A stretch of DNA of 42,659 nucleotides from Terrimesophilobacter sp. (GTDB lineage Bacteria; Actinomycetota; Actinomycetes; Actinomycetales; Microbacteriaceae), in NCBI RefSeq assembly GCF_036565765.1, contig NZ_DATCXP010000094.1, one strand, 5' to 3'. Below the pieces are notes generated by a model, which saw only the letters and a list, made by a program, of their open reading frames with translations, ran no database searches and was not told the DNA's origin. Positions 38,510-42,659 of this stretch are shown one piece after another (within the stretch, counting starts at the first letter, position 1; every line of letters starts with the position of its first letter). The position numbers were made by a program, and so were the translations under genes.

Positions 38510-39511
38510 TCAACGACTCCCCCGCGCCGCGACTTCAGCAGCGACCACGTCGTGATCGGCCCCGGAAGCGACCAACAGCCACAGCAGGATTCGCGCCTTT
38601 CTCGCGTCGAGCACGCCGGACAGCATCGCGCCGCGACGCACCAGATCCGTCTCCGAGCCGGGAAAACCGTAGGTGCCGCTCAGCGTTCCACCGTTCCCCG
38701 TCCTCGTGGACACCACGATCGGCACCCTCGCGCTCACCTCGGAGACCACTTCGGCGGTGGCGAGCGGCAGGTGGCCGGCACCGAAGGCCGCGATCACGAC
38801 GCCGCCCGCTCCCCCCTCCACGACGGAGGCGAGCAGGCTCCCGTCGTCGCCCAGGAAGGTCTCCAGCAACGGGACGGACACGTTCTCGCGAAGCGATGCT
38901 TCCAGTCGCACCGGGCTGCGCCGGTTCGGAACCGCGCCCAGCCGCACCTGATCCTCGACGACCGCACCGAGCGGTCCGCCGCCCGGCGACTGGAACGCCG
39001 ACAGCGCGTAACTGTGATTCTTGCGCACGCGGGACGCCAGATGGATGGTGTCGTCGAGCACGACGGTCACGCCGGCCCCGCGCATCCCGTCATCGACAGC
39101 GGCTCGCGTGGCGGCCAGCAGATTGGCGCCGCCGTCCGAGGACGGCTTGGCGGGCCCGCGCATGGCACCGGTGAACACGAGCGGTTCCTCGCGATCCCAC
39201 AGCAGTTCCGCGAGGTACGCCGTCTCCTCGAGAGTGTCGGTCCCCTGGGCGATCACGACCCCCGCACATCCGAGATCCACCTGCTGCCGCGCCCACGACA
39301 CGGCGTCGACGACGTCGCTGGGGCTCAGCGAGGCCCCGGGCAACCGCGAAAGGGTGCGCACCTCCAGTTCGGCGAGATCGGCAAGGCCCGCGACGCCGGC
39401 CGCGAGGTCCTCCGCCGTGAGGGTCGGCACGATCGTGGAGTCATCGATGCGCGGAGCCATCGTGATGGTTCCGCCCAGCGAGGCGAAACCGACCCTTGGT
39501 TTGTCGTTCAT
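38510..39511 (-). CDS. Asparaginase family amidohydrolase
   Basis: SLGGTI, QGTDTLEE, FTGAMR, DG.ANL, FGAGH and KARILL; no signal peptide; alternative start GTG 39520. Confidence 0.9.
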   Translation of the reverse strand: MNDKPRVGFASLGGTITMAPRIDDSTIVPTLTAEDLAAGVAGLADLAELEVRTLSRLPGASLSPSDVVDAVSWARQQVDLGCAGVVIAQGTDTLEETAYLAELLWDREEPLVFTGAMRGPAKPSSDGGANLLAATRAAVDDGMRGAGVTVVLDDTIHLASRVRKNHSYALSAFQSPGGGPLGAVVEDQVRLGAVPNRRSPVRLEASLRENVSVPLLETFLGDDGSLLASVVEGGAGGVVIAAFGAGHLPLATAEVVSEVSARVPIVVSTRTGNGGTLSGTYGFPGSETDLVRRGAMLSGVLDARKARILLWLLVASGADHDVVAAEVAARGSR

Positions 39512-39579
39512 CCACTCCACCTCACGCTTGTCCGGCTTTTCAGATACTTTATAGGATCACTGCGAATATGGAGGAACAG

Positions 39580-40947
39580 GTGTCGGAACTGAATCTGCTG
39601 GTTGCCGGGGGAACCGTGGTCTGGCCCGCCGGTCGCGCCCGATTGAACGTCGGGATCACCGAGGGTCGCATCTCCTATATCGGACCGGAGTCACCGAAGG
39701 CCGACGCGACGATCGACGCTGACGGGCTCATTGTGCTGCCCGGCGGCGTGGACACTCACGTGCACCTCATGGACCCCTCTTCGACCGATCGCGAGGACTT
39801 CCCCAGCGGCACGCGCGCCGCGGCCAACGCGGGGGTCACCACGATCATCGAGCACACGCATGGCGGGCCGGTGCGATCGGCGGGAGACCTGCACGAGAAG
39901 GTCGACTACCTGCGCGGGCGGTCCAATGTCGACTTCGGGCTCGCCGCGCACGCCTGGACCGGGGAGTCGCACCAGGTACGACCGCTCTGGGAAGCCGGGG
40001 CCGCCTTCTTCAAGGTCTTCACCTGCACAACTCACGGGGTGCCCGGCCACAACGCGGGAGCGCTGCTGACGCACCTGCAGGCCACCTCGGACATCGGTGC
40101 GCGCAGCCTCATCCACTGTGAGGACGAGTCGCTCGTCGCGGACGCGGAAGAGGTGCTTCACGCCGATGGGCGAAGCGACGGAGGCGCGCTGTCGGCCTGG
40201 CGCAACCGCGACGCGGAGGTGACCGCGACGGCCGTCGCCGCGCTGCTCGTGCGCAGGAGCCAGGCCAAGGCCACGATCGCCCACGTCTCCCACCCGGAAG
40301 TCGCCCGGTACATCGTCCGCGAGCGCGAGGCGGGCGGTGACATCGCCGCGGAGTGCTGCCCGCAGTACTTCCTGCTCCGCGAGGAAGAGGTGCTCGACAA
40401 GGGTGCGCTGCGCAAGTTCACCCCGCCGGCGCGGGCCAGGACCGACGCCGACGAGGCCGATATGTGGCGCCTGCTGAAGGACGGCGTGCTCACTCACATC
40501 TCGAGCGACCACGCGCCGTCGAGCATGGAGCACAAGTGCTCTGGCGACCTGTGGCAGGTGCACTTCGGGCTCCCCGGCATCGACACGACGATGCCAGCAC
40601 TCATCTCCGCGGTCGCCAGAGGGCACCTGTCCTGGGAGGACATCGCGCGTGCCTACGCGGAGGCCCCCGCGCGCCTGTACGGTCTCTGGCCGCGCAAGGG
40701 CGCTATCAGGGTCGGCTTCGACGGCGATCTCGCGCTCGTCGACCCTGCTGCGACCTGGACACTCGAGGACTCCGCGATCCTGTCGCGTGCAGGGTGGTCG
40801 CCGTATTCCGGCAGCACCATGCGGGGCAAGGTGGTGCGGACGATCCTGCGCGGAGAGACCATCGCGGAGGCGGGATCCCCTCTGGACGCCCGGTCGGGAG
40901 CGTGGATTCCCGGAGCCGGCTACCGCGAGCCGCGCGGAACAGTGTAG
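39580..40947 (+). CDS. Cyclic amidohydrolase (allantoinase/dihydroorotase/hydantoinase family)
   Basis: DTHVH, GTRAAA.AGVTT, FFKVF, IHCED, AHVS and SSDHAP; GTG after GGAGG. Confidence 0.9.
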   Translation: MSELNLLVAGGTVVWPAGRARLNVGITEGRISYIGPESPKADATIDADGLIVLPGGVDTHVHLMDPSSTDREDFPSGTRAAANAGVTTIIEHTHGGPVRSAGDLHEKVDYLRGRSNVDFGLAAHAWTGESHQVRPLWEAGAAFFKVFTCTTHGVPGHNAGALLTHLQATSDIGARSLIHCEDESLVADAEEVLHADGRSDGGALSAWRNRDAEVTATAVAALLVRRSQAKATIAHVSHPEVARYIVREREAGGDIAAECCPQYFLLREEEVLDKGALRKFTPPARARTDADEADMWRLLKDGVLTHISSDHAPSSMEHKCSGDLWQVHFGLPGIDTTMPALISAVARGHLSWEDIARAYAEAPARLYGLWPRKGAIRVGFDGDLALVDPAATWTLEDSAILSRAGWSPYSGSTMRGKVVRTILRGETIAEAGSPLDARSGAWIPGAGYREPRGTV

Positions 40948-41013
40948 CTGAGCGCCATCCGGGCCAGCACGAGCTATCGACTACGGCGGACAACGCCACG
41001 AATGAGGAGACGC

Positions 41014-42222
41014 ATGACCGACCGCACCATCGAGAAGATCACCTCGGACACCGGCCCGCACTACGAGCCGTTCGGCTGGCATCACTGGCCGGAGTTCCCC
41101 TGGATGAGCTACCAGTTCCGCAGGGCACTGGGCGAGACGCAGGCCGGTGGCGGCGCGGTCAGCGTCTGCTTCCAGGCGGCGTCCCGGATGATCCCGGGAT
41201 CGAAGGAGAGCTGGCACACCGAGTGGATGCGGGTCGCGGATCAGGCGGACCGGTATGCGACGCAGGCGGAGCAGGCCGGCAGGCTGATGACCGCGAGCGC
41301 GGCCTGGCTGCGGGCCACCAACTACTATCGCTCGGCGGAATTCTGGCTCGAGGCCGACGATCCGCGACGCCTTGCGACGTTCACCCGCTGCGAGGAGTCC
41401 TTCTTCAACGCGTCGAAGTACTTCACGCCGGCGGCGGAGCGCGTCGAGGTGCCCTATGAGGACGGCTCCGTGCTGTACGGGTATTTCATCCGTTCTCAGA
41501 ACGCCACGGCGGGACGCCAGCCAGTGCTCATCGCGTTCGGCGGACTTGACTCGTTCAAGGAGGAGATCTACTTCATGATGGCGCGCGCCGCGCTGGAACG
41601 CGGAATCTCCTGCCTCATCGTCGACGGACCAGGGCAGGGCGCCACGCTGCGCCGGGAGAAGATCACGAGCCGCCCGGACTACGAAGTGCCGGTTGGCTAC
41701 TGCATCGACTATCTGGAAACGCGCGACGACGTCGACCCGGACCGGATCGCCCTCAGCGGCTCGAGTCTCGGCGGGTTCTATGCGGCCCGCGCCGGGTCGC
41801 GGGAGCACCGCCTGGCCGCAGTCGTGTCCCACGGCGGCATCTGGGACATCCACGAGCTGTGGTCGGACCGGGGCGAGGACTTCGGACTCGCCGGGCACAT
41901 CAAGTGGGTCTTCGGCACCGACACCGTCGCAGAAGCGGTGGAGAAGGCCAAACCGTACACGCTCGACGGCGTGCTTGAGGACATGCGCTGCCCCTACCTG
42001 GTGGTGCACGGCGGACACGACGTCCTCGGTGTGCGGCACGCGCAGAAGCTCGTCGACTACGCACAACGCCACGGCGTTGACGTGACGTTCCGGCTCATCT
42101 CGGAGGAGGAGACCGGTGCGGAGCACTGCCAGCATGACAACCCCACGTTCGGCATGGAAGTGGTGTGCGACTGGCTCGTGGAGGTCTTCGGCATCGACGA
42201 GCGGAAGCTTCTCGAAGGGTAG
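41014..42222 (+). CDS. Alpha/beta hydrolase, 2,6-dihydroxypseudooxynicotine hydrolase/FrsA-like
   Basis: LRATNYYRSAEF, GGLDSFKEE, DGPGQG, GSSLGG nucleophile elbow and GAEHCQ. Confidence 0.85.
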   Translation: MTDRTIEKITSDTGPHYEPFGWHHWPEFPWMSYQFRRALGETQAGGGAVSVCFQAASRMIPGSKESWHTEWMRVADQADRYATQAEQAGRLMTASAAWLRATNYYRSAEFWLEADDPRRLATFTRCEESFFNASKYFTPAAERVEVPYEDGSVLYGYFIRSQNATAGRQPVLIAFGGLDSFKEEIYFMMARAALERGISCLIVDGPGQGATLRREKITSRPDYEVPVGYCIDYLETRDDVDPDRIALSGSSLGGFYAARAGSREHRLAAVVSHGGIWDIHELWSDRGEDFGLAGHIKWVFGTDTVAEAVEKAKPYTLDGVLEDMRCPYLVVHGGHDVLGVRHAQKLVDYAQRHGVDVTFRLISEEETGAEHCQHDNPTFGMEVVCDWLVEVFGIDERKLLEG

Positions 42223-42228
42223 GGCAGC

Positions 42229-42659
42229 ATGACGATTCTGCTGGAGCACGGATACCTCGTCACAGTCGATGGTGCGCGCCGCGTCATTCCCGACGGCTGG
42301 CTTCTGGTCGACGGCGAACGCATCGCGGGCATCGGCAGCCACGGCTCCGACCCGCTGCCGGAAGCCGACGAGCGCATCGATTTGAAGGGCAAGCTCATGA
42401 TGCCTGGGCTCGTGAACGGGCACAACCATCACTGGGCCAGCCTGTTCAAGAACACCGGAGAAGGGATGCTGCTCGAGGAGTGGCGTGACCGGATTCCGCG
42501 TGTCCTCACTCCCGTGGTGACCGCGGAAGACCGCAGGATCGCCGCCTACCTCGGCGCGATCGAGCAGCTCCGCACCGGAACCACGACATCGCTCAACCAC
42601 CTCACCAACATCAACGACGACGAGACCATGGCGGCCACGATCGAGCCGGTGCTGGAGGT
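42229..42659 (+). CDS. Amidohydrolase family protein, paralog of 30387-31805 (truncated by window end)
   Basis: Hand translation MTILLEHGYLVTVDG..MPGLVNGHNHHWASLFKNTGEG..EQLRTGTTTSLNHL; frame stays open to the end. Confidence 0.85.
   Translation, partial: MTILLEHGYLVTVDGARRVIPDGWLLVDGERIAGIGSHGSDPLPEADERIDLKGKLMMPGLVNGHNHHWASLFKNTGEGMLLEEWRDRIPRVLTPVVTAEDRRIAAYLGAIEQLRTGTTTSLNHLTNINDDETMAATIEPVLE

Noticed and set aside
39580-40947. Biosynthetic dihydroorotase pyrC
   Set aside because: No pyr operon context and catabolic neighbours; substrate left unassigned.

Overview
High-GC actinobacterial chromosome segment; gene content and repeats suggest Microbacteriaceae (inference). Positions 1-590 are non-coding, with REP-like repeats and a highly structured candidate small RNA. 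Positions 0.6-10 kb hold ordinary genes: DUF488, cupin, SNF2 helicase, CpdA-like phosphodiesterase, Stealth protein, M20 peptidase, SGNH hydrolase and GDPD. The remaining ~32 kb is almost all nucleoside/nucleobase catabolism, in three blocks. (1) SorC/DeoR regulator-deoC-two ALDH genes (10.0-14.5 kb). (2) A 12-gene minus-strand cluster with an atypical ribokinase, a divergent second DeoC, two GntR/UTRA regulators, two nucleoside hydrolases, a dedicated ECF importer, two uridine-phosphorylase paralogs (one with Gln->Glu in the base-recognition motif) and an MFS transporter (14.6-26.2 kb). (3) A cluster built around a close bacterial look-alike of fungal uracil-5-carboxylate (isoorotate) decarboxylase, with a tandem double GntR-FCD regulator, two deaminase-fold amidohydrolases (the complete one lacks the HxxE glutamate), a BMP nucleoside-type ABC importer, an M20 amidohydrolase, an asparaginase, a cyclic amidohydrolase and a DHPON-hydrolase-like alpha/beta hydrolase (27.8 kb to window end, truncated). 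Blocks 2 and 3 are the best candidates for undescribed pathways that scavenge modified nucleosides or C5-substituted pyrimidines. All family calls come from motif recognition by eye; no database search was run.
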